From Candidatus Poribacteria bacterium (GTDB taxonomy: Bacteria > Poribacteria > WGA-4E > PCPOR2b), in NCBI GenBank assembly GCA_965218095.1, contig OZ244587.1, positions 704,001 to 768,000 of the forward strand: 64,000 bases of DNA. The letters run 5' to 3'. Made by a program: the position numbers and the translations under genes. A model generated the notes under the pieces. The model saw only the letters and a program-made list of their open reading frames with translations. It was not told where the DNA came from and did no database searches. Positions 28,152 to 38,072 of this stretch are shown piece after piece (positions within the stretch are counted from its first letter, which is position 1; each line of letters opens with the position of its first letter).

Positions 28152-28191
28152 GACTCATCGTGTCTGTCTATTAATTTGTGCGATCAGAATC

Positions 28192-31100
28192 TTGAATAGC
28201 AATGATGAGAAAGGAATAAATGTGGCCCCAACCAATGATCAGATTAATAAGGATTCTATAGCCGCTGCGCCATCGGACGAGACTACCGACATCGAACACG
28301 CGCCTCCTTACGAAGGGGGGCAGAAGCGTGGCTTGAAGATCGATCGGCGGTATACCATGCCCGGCGTGCATCTATTTGATGAAATTGAGTGGGAACACCG
28401 GATCTCGGTGATCTATAATGAAAAAGGCGAAGTCATCTTCGAGCAAAAAGCGGTCGAGGTTCCGTCAAGCTGGTCCCAATTGGCAACAGACATTGCTGTG
28501 TCCAAATACTTCCGCAAAGCGGGCCTGCCTGAGACGGAGGGTGAAACAAGCGTCCGCCAACTCATTCGGCGCGTCGCGCATACCATCCGCCAAGCCGGCG
28601 AAGAGCTCGGGGGCTACTTCGCCACGCCAAGCGATGCCGATGCCATTGAAGCAGAATTGACGAATCTGCTGGTCACGCAACGCGGCGCATTTAATTCGCC
28701 TGTGTGGTTTAATTGTGGATTGTACCATCAGTACGGGATTAAAGGCGGTTCAGGGAACTGGTACTGGGATTTTGAACAAAACGGTGTAGTTCAGACGGAC
28801 AATAACTACAATCACCCGCAATGCAGTGCGTGCTTCATACAATCCGTCGAAGATGACCTGATGTCGATTTTTGAGTTAGTCAAAAATGAAGCGAGCGTCT
28901 TTAAGTACGGCTCAGGCACGGGAACGAATTTTTCCAAGATTCGGGGACGGCAGGAAAAACTTTCTGGGGGCGGTACCAGCAGTGGATTGATGTCTTTCCT
29001 TGAGGTTTTAGACCGCGGGGCTGGAGCCACGAAGAGCGGGGGCACCACCCGACGCGCGGCCAAAATGGTGTGTCTCGATATGGACCACCCGGAGATTGTC
29101 GATTTCATCAACTGGAAGATGAATGAGGAGAAGAAGGTTGCTGTACTGGTTGCTGCGGGTTATTCCTCCGATTTCAACGAGGAGGCGTACAAAACTGTCT
29201 CAGGGCAAAACTCAAATAACTCTGTCCGACTCACAGACGAATTTATGAACGCCTATCTGCGCGGCGACACATGGCATACGACGTTGCGTACCACCGGCGA
29301 AATCTGTGAAACGTTTGAAGTCGGAGATCTTATGCGGCAGATCTCACAGGCGGCCTGGGCGTGTGCAGATCCGGGCGTGCAGTTTGATACGACCATTAAT
29401 GACTGGCATACCTGCGCGAACACCGATCGGATTTATAGCAGTAACCCTTGCAGCGAGTACATGTTCCTAGAAAATACATCATGTAACCTTGCCTCTATCA
29501 ACCTTCTCAAATTCCTCGACGACGATGGAAACTTCGATGTCGAAGGGTTCAAGCACGCTTGCCGAATCTTCTTCATCAGTCAAGAAATCCTCGTGGATTT
29601 TTCATCTTATCCGACAAAGGCAATCGCTCAAAACAGCCACGATTATCGGCCACTTGGATTAGGGTATGCAAACCTGGGCACACTGCTGATGGTCAACGGT
29701 ATCCCCTACGATAGCGAAGAAGGGTATGCAATCTGCGGTGCAATCACAGCGATTCTGTGTGGTGAGGCGTACCGCACTTCAGCGGAGATGGCTGCGGTCA
29801 AGGGCCCCTTCCCCGGATTCGAGAAGAACCGTGAACCAATGCTGCATGTGATGAATAAGCACCGTGCTTCAGCTTACCGCATTAACTCCGATGCCTGCCC
29901 GCCTGACCTTTTGAAAGCCGCACAACAGACGTGGGATGACGCTGTTGAGATGGGAAAGAGGTATGGTTACCGCAATGCTCAAGCAACAGTGTTGGCTCCT
30001 ACCGGCACTATAGGGCTCCTCATGGAATGTGACACGACAGGCGTTGAACCCGAATTTGCGCTCGTGAAATTCAAGAAGCTGGCAGGCGGCGGGTACTTTA
30101 AGATTATCAATCAATCTGTCCCTCGTGCGCTGAAAAGACTCGGTTATACGGATGAAGAGATTGACGACATTGTAACGTATGTTCAAGGCACCTCATCGCT
30201 GATTGGTTCGCCGCATATTAACAATGTCTCACTCAAGCAGAAGGGCTTAACCGATGAAGAAATTGGTCAGATTGAAGCGACGTTACCTTCCGTCTTTGAG
30301 TTGGCTCATGCCTTTAACGCTTACACCATTGGCGAAGAAGGGATGGCACGTCTCGGATTTCGCCCGGAGGAGTACAACGCGCCGGATTTTGATCTCCTGA
30401 GTGAATTGGGCTTCATGGAGCAGCAAATCGAAGAAGCCAGCAACGTCATCGGTGGCATGATGACCATCGAAGGGGTGCCCCATCTGAAAGCCGAACATCT
30501 GTCAATTTTTGATTGTGCCAACAAGAGTGGGGAATATGGTCAGCGTTACATTGAGCCCATGGCACATGTTCGCATGGTCGCTGCGGCGCAGCCGTTCCTC
30601 AGTGGTTCGATCTCAAAGACCATTAATATGCCTCATGAAACAACGGTCGAAGAGGTGGAGAACCTTTATGTCGAGGCGTGGAAGCTCGGTTTGAAGGCAG
30701 TGGCAATCTATCGGGATGGCTCGAAGTTATCCCAACCCCTCAGCACCTCCAGGGCGGAAGCAGAGGAGGAGAAAGCGGAAGTTCGCCCCATCCGCCGTCA
30801 TTTGCCCGACGAGCGTCCCTCGATTACCCATAAATTTAGTATCGCTGGACATGAAGGCTATATCACAGTTGGACTGTATGAGGATGGGAGCCCCGGCGAG
30901 GTGTTTCTCAGGATGTCTAAAGAGGGCTCAACCATTTCTGGGTTGATGGACACCATCGCATTGATGACCTCGGTTTCGTTGCAATATGGTGTGCCGTTGG
31001 AATTTTTTGTCAACAAGTTCAGCCACGTTCGATTTGAGCCTTCGGGATTCACAACAAACAAGGATATTCCGATAGCGAAGTCGATCATCGACTATGTATT

Positions 31101-31392
31101 CCGCTGGCTTGGGCTGAAGTTTCTCCCCCAAAGCCAAGTTGTAGAGGAGGCTGACACAAGCCTCGTCGATCAACTTGTCCTACCGGAGCAACTCCACCCT
31201 TACGGGCATGAAGTGAATCCGGAAAATACCTCCCAAACATTGCTTTCAAGCGAACGGCTGGAAGCGCGTGAAAAACGAATTGTTGCGACTCAGTCTGATG
31301 CGCCTGCTTGTCATGAGTGTGGGACGATTATGGTGCGGAATGGTTCGTGTTATCGCTGCCTGAACTGCGGTGCGACGAGTGGGTGTTCGTAG
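28192..31392 (+). CDS. nrdJ: Class II (adenosylcobalamin-dependent) ribonucleotide reductase
   Basis: FNSPVWFN, PQCSACFI, SNPCSEY, CNLASINL, APTGTI, SISKTINMP, TSCPD-like domain, C-terminal CxxC...CxxCGATSGCS. Alternative GTG start at 28222. No intein evident. Confidence 0.96.
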   Translation: MNSNDEKGINVAPTNDQINKDSIAAAPSDETTDIEHAPPYEGGQKRGLKIDRRYTMPGVHLFDEIEWEHRISVIYNEKGEVIFEQKAVEVPSSWSQLATDIAVSKYFRKAGLPETEGETSVRQLIRRVAHTIRQAGEELGGYFATPSDADAIEAELTNLLVTQRGAFNSPVWFNCGLYHQYGIKGGSGNWYWDFEQNGVVQTDNNYNHPQCSACFIQSVEDDLMSIFELVKNEASVFKYGSGTGTNFSKIRGRQEKLSGGGTSSGLMSFLEVLDRGAGATKSGGTTRRAAKMVCLDMDHPEIVDFINWKMNEEKKVAVLVAAGYSSDFNEEAYKTVSGQNSNNSVRLTDEFMNAYLRGDTWHTTLRTTGEICETFEVGDLMRQISQAAWACADPGVQFDTTINDWHTCANTDRIYSSNPCSEYMFLENTSCNLASINLLKFLDDDGNFDVEGFKHACRIFFISQEILVDFSSYPTKAIAQNSHDYRPLGLGYANLGTLLMVNGIPYDSEEGYAICGAITAILCGEAYRTSAEMAAVKGPFPGFEKNREPMLHVMNKHRASAYRINSDACPPDLLKAAQQTWDDAVEMGKRYGYRNAQATVLAPTGTIGLLMECDTTGVEPEFALVKFKKLAGGGYFKIINQSVPRALKRLGYTDEEIDDIVTYVQGTSSLIGSPHINNVSLKQKGLTDEEIGQIEATLPSVFELAHAFNAYTIGEEGMARLGFRPEEYNAPDFDLLSELGFMEQQIEEASNVIGGMMTIEGVPHLKAEHLSIFDCANKSGEYGQRYIEPMAHVRMVAAAQPFLSGSISKTINMPHETTVEEVENLYVEAWKLGLKAVAIYRDGSKLSQPLSTSRAEAEEEKAEVRPIRRHLPDERPSITHKFSIAGHEGYITVGLYEDGSPGEVFLRMSKEGSTISGLMDTIALMTSVSLQYGVPLEFFVNKFSHVRFEPSGFTTNKDIPIAKSIIDYVFRWLGLKFLPQSQVVEEADTSLVDQLVLPEQLHPYGHEVNPENTSQTLLSSERLEAREKRIVATQSDAPACHECGTIMVRNGSCYRCLNCGATSGCS

Positions 31393-31445
31393 GACTGAAA
31401 CGTGAGGCGTGAAACGTGAAGATGAAAACCGACACCTTTAGAGAA

Positions 31446-31556
31446 AAGCGTCGGGGCATCGACGCTTGGGTTAAGCGATGGAAGCCTTCAATCGACTGAG
31501 GCAGTCGCTGCCTGAAGCTCAGAATCCCCCAAATTTATTTATGGGGAGTATGTCAA
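31446..31556 (+). mobile_element. IS200/IS605 right-end relic (TnpB omegaRNA-like 3' scaffold)
   Basis: GTCGGGGCATCGACGCTTGGG...GAATCCCCC-aaatttattt-ATGGGGAGTATGTCAA: subterminal hairpin plus TCAA end. No tnpA or tnpB ORF. Confidence 0.65.
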
Positions 31557-33037
31557 TTTTCTAGTCCCGCCGAAGGGGGAATCGGCCAGTGGCTGCCACG
31601 TTGCCCAGAAAGCCCACGATTTGGGGTCGGTTCGTAAACGGCGTCGGGCAGCCCTACGAGCTTGCCATGCTGTACCCATTCCCTGTCTTCGCCGTACAGT
31701 TCTCCGATGAGAATCTCTGTCAGCCGATCGCGAATCCCGGCGTGCGCCGGTGATGCAGAGAGATCCTTTAACTCGTCTGGGTCTTCGTGAAGATCGAAAA
31801 GTTGGAGGCAGTTTCCGACCGGGTAGTAGATCAGCTTGAAACGTCCGTCATGAATCATTCGGGTTGCGCGTCCGCTATCGCCGCATTCGCCATACAGCCA
31901 GCCACGCTTTCGGTCTCCGACCATTGAGATGCCCTCTACCGTGTCAGGAATCTCAACGCCGGCGAGCGCTAACAACGTGGGCATCACGTCCCGCCAGGCC
32001 ACGAGTCGATCATCAATGCGATGGTGTCCGACCTGCTTATCGCCGTCAACGCCGACAAGAATCATTGGCACGTTGGTTGAATCCTCGTAAAACAGGCTTT
32101 TCGCCCACAAGCCGTGATTTCCAAGCATATCGCCGTGATCAGATGTGAACAGGATGATGGTGTCGTCCAGCAGCCCCTCTTCGCGCAGCGTTCCGATGAC
32201 AACCCGAAGCTGATGGTCGATATGCGTACAGAGCGCGTAAAATGCCCGGCGCGCTGACCGGATCTGATATTCCGTAACAGGAACCAATTGCTCCTGCCGC
32301 GCTTTGAGACAGTACGGAAGCCTATCCGGATCTGATGCCCATTCGCCGATGTACGGCTGTCCCGGATCGATCTCGCGGTACATATCGAGGTAACACGCTA
32401 GTGGCTCCACAGGTGGATGGGGGTGACAGTAGGAGAGATACCAGAACCCTGGACGGGTTGGATCGCGTCGCTTGATAAGCCGTGCCATCTGCTGCGTCGT
32501 CCAATTGGTGACATGACATCCCTCCGGCAGATGCCACGGGCGGTTGAGATATTCATTATTACCCATCCCGTGAGCGAATTGCTGCCCCGCATAGCCTCGA
32601 TCTCCGAGGAACAGTTCATAGTCATCAACGACGCCATATTGCAGCCGCCCTTCTTCACTCAGGACCACGTCGTCGAAGCCGATCCGGTTACGCTGTGGAT
32701 AGACGTGCAGTTTTCCAACAGCATACGCCTGATAGCCAGCGTCTCGGAGGGTTTGAGCGATGGTCGGAACTTCGGGCATCCGGAGCGTTCCCTGATTTTC
32801 GCGACAACCGTGCATACGCGGCGTTGTCCCCGTCATCAGCGTCCGTCGGGCGGGAATGCACACCGGACATTCACTGTAACCGCGGATGAAGCGAACACCG
32901 CTGCGTGCCAGTTCATCCAGCGTCGGTGTCTGGATAGCGGGATGCCCAGCCTCCCCGAGCAGGGACGTGGGCCAGTGATCTGTGCAGATCAGAAGCACAT
33001 GGGGACGGTCAGATGTTGACATGACACTTCCTTTCAT
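31553..33037 (-). CDS. Sulfatase (Cys-type, choline-sulfatase-like)
   Basis: PVCIPARRTLMTG (CxPxR), GKLH, HPHPP, TSDHGDMLG. Confidence 0.93.
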   Translation of the reverse strand: MKGSVMSTSDRPHVLLICTDHWPTSLLGEAGHPAIQTPTLDELARSGVRFIRGYSECPVCIPARRTLMTGTTPRMHGCRENQGTLRMPEVPTIAQTLRDAGYQAYAVGKLHVYPQRNRIGFDDVVLSEEGRLQYGVVDDYELFLGDRGYAGQQFAHGMGNNEYLNRPWHLPEGCHVTNWTTQQMARLIKRRDPTRPGFWYLSYCHPHPPVEPLACYLDMYREIDPGQPYIGEWASDPDRLPYCLKARQEQLVPVTEYQIRSARRAFYALCTHIDHQLRVVIGTLREEGLLDDTIILFTSDHGDMLGNHGLWAKSLFYEDSTNVPMILVGVDGDKQVGHHRIDDRLVAWRDVMPTLLALAGVEIPDTVEGISMVGDRKRGWLYGECGDSGRATRMIHDGRFKLIYYPVGNCLQLFDLHEDPDELKDLSASPAHAGIRDRLTEILIGELYGEDREWVQHGKLVGLPDAVYEPTPNRGLSGQRGSHWPIPPSAGLEN

Positions 33038-33074
33038 CAGCCGTAGGATGATCTGTTAGATCGTTTGTGAACGA

Positions 33075-34517
33075 CTAGATCACAAACATCTGCATGAATT
33101 CATTGACCGACATGGCCTCCAATCGTTTCTGGTCAAGGCAAAGTTCCATGATCGCCTGCGCTTGCTTCGCCGGAAAACGGGTCGCCAGATTGGCAGCAAA
33201 TTTTTCCTCCAACAACGGAATCCCTTCGGCTCGGCGGTGACGATGCCCAATCGGGTATTCGACGGTGACCTTTTCGGTAGTTGAGCCATCCTTAAAACGA
33301 ATTTGGAGCGCATTGGTAATCGAACGTTTGTCTGGGTCGAGATAGTTTTTGGTATACTGGGGGGCTTCCACAACGGTCATTTTTTCGCGTAAGACATAGA
33401 TACGCGGGTCAGCCGCAACCTCATCTTCGTAGTGGTCAGCGGTCAGCGTGCCATAGATCAGCCCAATCGCTGTCATGTACTGGAGACAGTGATCGCGATC
33501 CGCGGGATTGTGCAGTGGACCCGTTTTTGAGATAATCCGTATCGCGGATTTGTGGGTCGTAATCATAATCGTGTCGATTTGATCGAGACGATCCTTCACC
33601 TGATGGTGCAACTTGAAAGCGCATTCAACAGCCGTCTGGGCGTGGAATTCCGCAGGGAATGAGATTTTGAACAGGATATTCTCCATCACGTAAGAGGCGT
33701 ACGGCTGCCGTCGGATGAATGACTTCCCTTTGAACAACACGTCGTAAAAGCCCCACGTCCTGGCGGACATCGCAGAGGGATAGCCCATTTCCCCCTTCAT
33801 CGCCATCAACGCCAGCCATAGCGCGCGGCTCGTCGCATCACCCGCCGCCCACGATTTCCGCGACCCGGTGTTGGGGGCGTGTCGGTAGACTCGCAAACTC
33901 CCGCCGTCCACAAAAGCGTTGGAGACAGCGTTGATGATTTCTTCTACGCTGCCTCCCAGCATTCCGGTAACGACCGCCGTTGAGGCAACTTTCACAAAGT
34001 GTACGTGGTCCAAGCCAACACGGTTCAAGCTGTTTTCCAGTGCGAGAACGCCTTGGATTTCGTAGGCTTTGATCATGGCGGTGAGTACGTCACGCATCAC
34101 GAACGGCGGACGACCGTCCGCCAGATTCCGGTGACTTAGGTAATCCGCGGTTGCCAGGATGCCGCCCAAATTGTCGGACGGGTGTCCCCACTCCGCCGCC
34201 AGCCAGGTGTCGTTGTAGTCCAGCCAGCGAAGCAGACAGCCCATATTGAACGCCGCCTGCACCGGATCTAATTCAAACTGAGTCCCCGGAACGCGGGCCC
34301 CATGTGGGACGTGCGTGCCAGGGACAATTGGGCCCAGGTGTTTGGTGCATTCGGGATAGCGCAGCGCCAGCAGAGCACAGCCAAGGGAGTCCATCAGACA
34401 ATGGCGGGCGGTCTCGTAAGCGAGGTCACTGTCGATAACGCCATCAGCGACGTACTCGGCGATGTCAACGAGTACCGGGTCAGGTTTGGAGCGAACATTG
34501 GAAATGGGAGTGATCAT
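33075..34517 (-). CDS. prpD: 2-methylcitrate dehydratase
   Basis: [63 protein letters not shown]. Confidence 0.96.
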   Translation of the reverse strand: MITPISNVRSKPDPVLVDIAEYVADGVIDSDLAYETARHCLMDSLGCALLALRYPECTKHLGPIVPGTHVPHGARVPGTQFELDPVQAAFNMGCLLRWLDYNDTWLAAEWGHPSDNLGGILATADYLSHRNLADGRPPFVMRDVLTAMIKAYEIQGVLALENSLNRVGLDHVHFVKVASTAVVTGMLGGSVEEIINAVSNAFVDGGSLRVYRHAPNTGSRKSWAAGDATSRALWLALMAMKGEMGYPSAMSARTWGFYDVLFKGKSFIRRQPYASYVMENILFKISFPAEFHAQTAVECAFKLHHQVKDRLDQIDTIMITTHKSAIRIISKTGPLHNPADRDHCLQYMTAIGLIYGTLTADHYEDEVAADPRIYVLREKMTVVEAPQYTKNYLDPDKRSITNALQIRFKDGSTTEKVTVEYPIGHRHRRAEGIPLLEEKFAANLATRFPAKQAQAIMELCLDQKRLEAMSVNEFMQMFVI

Positions 34518-34542
34518 GAAAGCATTTTCCTTTTCTGTTCTC

Positions 34543-34763
34543 TATGCATCGATTAAATCAATTATTCTTTGAGCCCTTTCAAGGATCTTATCTTTATAAC
34601 CCATGACCCGCGTGCGGACTCGGTTCGCTTGAATGTCTTCGACAGCCGGGATGAGCCGGGTCCCCCGAAACGCATTCGGCCAGGCATCTTCATCCTGTCG
34701 CACGGGGAGGCCATCCCGGTTGCTCCGGGTGAGTTCATCAAATGCCGCTATTGCCTCCTGCGG
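34543..34763 (-). pseudogene. Internal fragment of an amidase-signature family gene
   Basis: Manual translation EAIAAFDELTRSNRDGLPVRQDEDAWPNAFRGTRLIPAVEDIQANRVRTRVM; no start codon or N-terminus. Confidence 0.55.
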
Positions 34764-36743
34764 CTAATTGCGTTCCGAAATTTGCAAACGCCAATTGAAA
34801 AGACCGACGACCAGGACGACAATCAATGCCAGCAGTTGCAGCCCGGTTAAACTCGCACCGGATTTGGTGAAAAAGAAAATCATCGCTGCAACAAACAGTG
34901 TCGCCCGTTTCCAAAAACCGAGCGGCGCAAACAAATGACCAGAGATACTCGCAGCCAGGGGGATAATTCCAAAGGCGGTGATCAGGACGTTTACCGCTAC
35001 AGCGACAAAACCAGCGGCGCCCCCATCCGGGGATAAGAATAATAATTCTGGTCGCAAAACAAAGGCGTAAGGCAAAGCAAACCCCACCAACGCGAAACGG
35101 AAGGCGGCGAATCCGGTTTGCATGATGCCGGTGCCCGCAATAGCGCCCGCCGTATAAGCCGCCAGAGCTACTGGCGGAGTCACCATCGACATCATGCCGA
35201 AATAAAAGATAAAGAGATGGGCGGCGAGAGGTACCAGGCCCAAATCACCCAGAACGGGTCCAACTAATGTCGCCATGAGCAGGTAACACACCGACGACGG
35301 TAATCCCATCCCAAGGATGATTGTCGAAATCATCAAGAAGACCAGTGCAAAAATCAGGTTGTCTTGGGCGAGCAGCAAAAGGGTTCCTGGTAACTTCGTA
35401 CCGACCCCTGTCAGGGTGACCACGCCAAGGATCAAACCCACGCATGAAGCTGCCGCAATTAGCGAAACGCCGCCATGAGCAGTCTTTTCCATCGCCTCCA
35501 AAACACCGCGGGGGCCAACGCGGGTTTGCTTGCTAAAGGCACTCAGAATCAGGATTAAAAGCAAGCTCAAACTAACTGCTCGAAACGGCGTGTAACCGAG
35601 CGCCAAAAAAAGGATGAGCGTGGCGAATGCAGCAAAAAAGATGAATCCCCCGCTACGCCCATCCCGATTCTCGGGATGGGCGCTTCGCTCGGCTTGCACC
35701 GCTGGCGGGATTGCGGTTTCACCTTCTTTGGCGCCTTCGGTCAATGCGTCCACACGACGGGCGTAGAAATGAACGATCAAGAGAAGCGCTGTGTAATAGA
35801 GAACCGCAGGAATCAGCGCGGCTTTGATAATTTCCAAATAGGTGACAGCTGGCTGGATGAGCTCCAGCATCATGTAGGCCCCTGCCCCCATGATGGGTGG
35901 GACCAGCGCCCCGCCTGAACTAGCTGCGGCTTCAACGCCGGCGGCAATGGTCGGTTTGAATCCGGCGCCTCGCATCATGGGGATGGTAAAGGTACCGGTG
36001 GTAGCTGTGTTAGCCACGGCGCTGCCGGAAAGCGACCCCATCATGCCACTGCTGATGACGGCGACCTTAGCGGGGCCACCGGCGCTCGAGCGAAACAAAC
36101 GTCTCGCGAAGCTGATGGTATAGCCAGTTGCTCCTGTTTTTTCTAGCAATGTTCCAAACAGGACGAAGAGAAACACATAGGTGAACATCACCTTTAAGGC
36201 AATGCCAAACACACCCTGGCTATGCAGAAAGGTTTGGCTGACAATCCGTTGCCAGGAGTAACCCCTGTGAGGGAATAGCCAGTCTGGCATTAACGGTCCC
36301 AAAGCCGCGTAAGCTAAAAAGGCAAGAGACAGGACGCAAAGGGTCAAGCCGATAGCGCGACGTGTCGCTTCCAAAACCAGGAACAGCCCCAACAGTCCCA
36401 CGACGTAGTCCCACGATTGCTCCATGCCCGCCCGATTCCCAAGGGGCTGACCACCAAGCCAGAACGTTTCAAACATAGGCTCCGTTTGGATCAGGATATA
36501 ACCAAAGCAGATCGCCGCGGCGATAGCCAAAACGAAATCCAAAACATGGAAAACAACCTTTTCCTCAAGCCGACGGTGGATGGGGTATTTGAGAAAAACT
36601 AAGATCAAGCCCAGCATGGCGAAAATCGCCAATTGGGATTGGGGCGAAAGCCGGGGATAATTGACCTCGATCAAAATAAACAAGCTGAGAATCGCCGTGA
36701 GCGTCCGAAAAATGATTTGCCCAATCCGTTGGAGGATGTTCAT
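34764..36743 (-). CDS. TRAP transporter fused 4TM/12TM permease (TAXI-associated)
   Basis: GGPAKVAV, SGSAVAN, GTFTIPMM, EAAASSGG, PPIMGAGA, ILGMGLP, VTPPVALAAY. ATGA overlap with the TAXI stop. Confidence 0.94.
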   Translation of the reverse strand: MNILQRIGQIIFRTLTAILSLFILIEVNYPRLSPQSQLAIFAMLGLILVFLKYPIHRRLEEKVVFHVLDFVLAIAAAICFGYILIQTEPMFETFWLGGQPLGNRAGMEQSWDYVVGLLGLFLVLEATRRAIGLTLCVLSLAFLAYAALGPLMPDWLFPHRGYSWQRIVSQTFLHSQGVFGIALKVMFTYVFLFVLFGTLLEKTGATGYTISFARRLFRSSAGGPAKVAVISSGMMGSLSGSAVANTATTGTFTIPMMRGAGFKPTIAAGVEAAASSGGALVPPIMGAGAYMMLELIQPAVTYLEIIKAALIPAVLYYTALLLIVHFYARRVDALTEGAKEGETAIPPAVQAERSAHPENRDGRSGGFIFFAAFATLILFLALGYTPFRAVSLSLLLILILSAFSKQTRVGPRGVLEAMEKTAHGGVSLIAAASCVGLILGVVTLTGVGTKLPGTLLLLAQDNLIFALVFLMISTIILGMGLPSSVCYLLMATLVGPVLGDLGLVPLAAHLFIFYFGMMSMVTPPVALAAYTAGAIAGTGIMQTGFAAFRFALVGFALPYAFVLRPELLFLSPDGGAAGFVAVAVNVLITAFGIIPLAASISGHLFAPLGFWKRATLFVAAMIFFFTKSGASLTGLQLLALIVVLVVGLFNWRLQISERN

Positions 36744-37786
36744 TTCTGAGGCCAAATCCCAATTTCCTTGTAATAGCGAACCGCACCGGGATGGAACGGC
36801 GTACCGGTGTCCTTAACGACGTTTTGGGGGTTGATTGCCTTACCCGCAGGGTGTCTCTTCACGACCTCAACGCGGTGTTCGTAGAGGATTTTGGTGAAGC
36901 GGTAAACCTCTTCCGCGTCCATGTTTGCGGCGGAGATCAGGTGCATGGCGCCGACATTCATGCCATGGAAGGGCTCGTCTTGATCCCGATAGGTTCCCGC
37001 AGGAATAGTAGCAGCGTTAAAAAACGGGTAGTTTTCAAACAGACGCTGTTTCGCCGCGTCATCAAAGGGGATGAAAAAGATGTTCTGGGACGCGGAGGCT
37101 TGGGTAATTGATGCCGTGGGGACCGCACCACCCAGGAAAGCGGCGGCGGCAGAACCATCAGCCAGCATGTCAACAGCACCAGCCTGAGTGTTGTGGAGCG
37201 GCGTAAAATCCTGGTAGGTCACGCCGTGTGCCGCCAGAATCGGTTCCAGGAAGTACTTGAACCCTGCGCCGGCGGGCCCAACCACCACACGCTTGCCCTT
37301 TAGATCCGCAATCTTCTTTACACCGGAAGATTTTTTTGTGATAAAAAGGGCGACGTTCAGCGCAAGGGTCATCACTGTGCGCACAGGGTGTTCCCGCTTC
37401 CACGCCCCCTCGCCGCGAACGGCGAAATAGGAGATGGCGGCGTTGGCGAGGGCGAACTCCAATTCACCGCTGATCAGACGCCGGATATTTTCCTGCGTGC
37501 CTTTGGTTGCTTCGGCAGAAACTTTCCAGTTCAGGTCACCCACATTCTCGCTGACGACTTGCGCAATGGTACCGCCAACCACAAAAAACGCCCCACCTGG
37601 CGGCGCCGTTCCAACACTGAGGAATTGACGTTTTCCCCTTTTTTTCTCCGGGTTGCCGCTTGCGTTGGATAGAGTCAAACATAACGTGGCGAGAAGCGCC
37701 AGAATTATAAAAAAACCTCGCAGACACGGTATGCAGGGGTTAAAGCCCCACACTAATAGCTGTCTGCCTTTTTCAGTTGAATCCAT
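36740..37786 (-). CDS. TAXI family TRAP solute-binding protein
   Basis: GTAPPGGAF, ATKGTQENI, IADLKGKRVVVG, TIPAGTY, PFHPGAVRYYKE. Confidence 0.93.
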   Translation of the reverse strand: MDSTEKGRQLLVWGFNPCIPCLRGFFIILALLATLCLTLSNASGNPEKKRGKRQFLSVGTAPPGGAFFVVGGTIAQVVSENVGDLNWKVSAEATKGTQENIRRLISGELEFALANAAISYFAVRGEGAWKREHPVRTVMTLALNVALFITKKSSGVKKIADLKGKRVVVGPAGAGFKYFLEPILAAHGVTYQDFTPLHNTQAGAVDMLADGSAAAAFLGGAVPTASITQASASQNIFFIPFDDAAKQRLFENYPFFNAATIPAGTYRDQDEPFHGMNVGAMHLISAANMDAEEVYRFTKILYEHRVEVVKRHPAGKAINPQNVVKDTGTPFHPGAVRYYKEIGIWPQK

Positions 37787-37805
37787 GAATATGCTCCTTT
37801 CAAAT

Positions 37806-38072
37806 TCAGTCCACGCTCCAGAGGGCAAACATCGCAGCATCTTTGATCAGAATCTGTTTTCCCAGAACAACCAGATGCGCCCAGGTCGGACTATCAGCGA
37901 CCGAACACTGCGCGATCGGCTCAAATTTTCGCGCTTCTCTTAACGATGATCAACCCGGCATCAGTCGTCAGAAGGAACAACGCTTCTCCGGCACTGAGGA
38001 TCGCATCGCGGTTCTGTCCTCGCCACTGCGGCCATTCCCCGCTGCGCGGGATTTCGCTACCCTCAACCTCAT
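37806..38072 (-). pseudogene. Internally deleted PQQ-like beta-propeller gene
   Basis: Manual translation: EWPQWRGQNRD fused directly to AILSAGEALFLLTTDAGL; after a frameshift, SVADSPTWAHLVVLGKQILIKD...WSVD*. Confidence 0.65.

Noticed and set aside
28192-31392. Intein or cobalamin riboswitch at nrdJ
   Set aside because: No intein terminal or LAGLIDADG motifs, and no B12-box recognised upstream.
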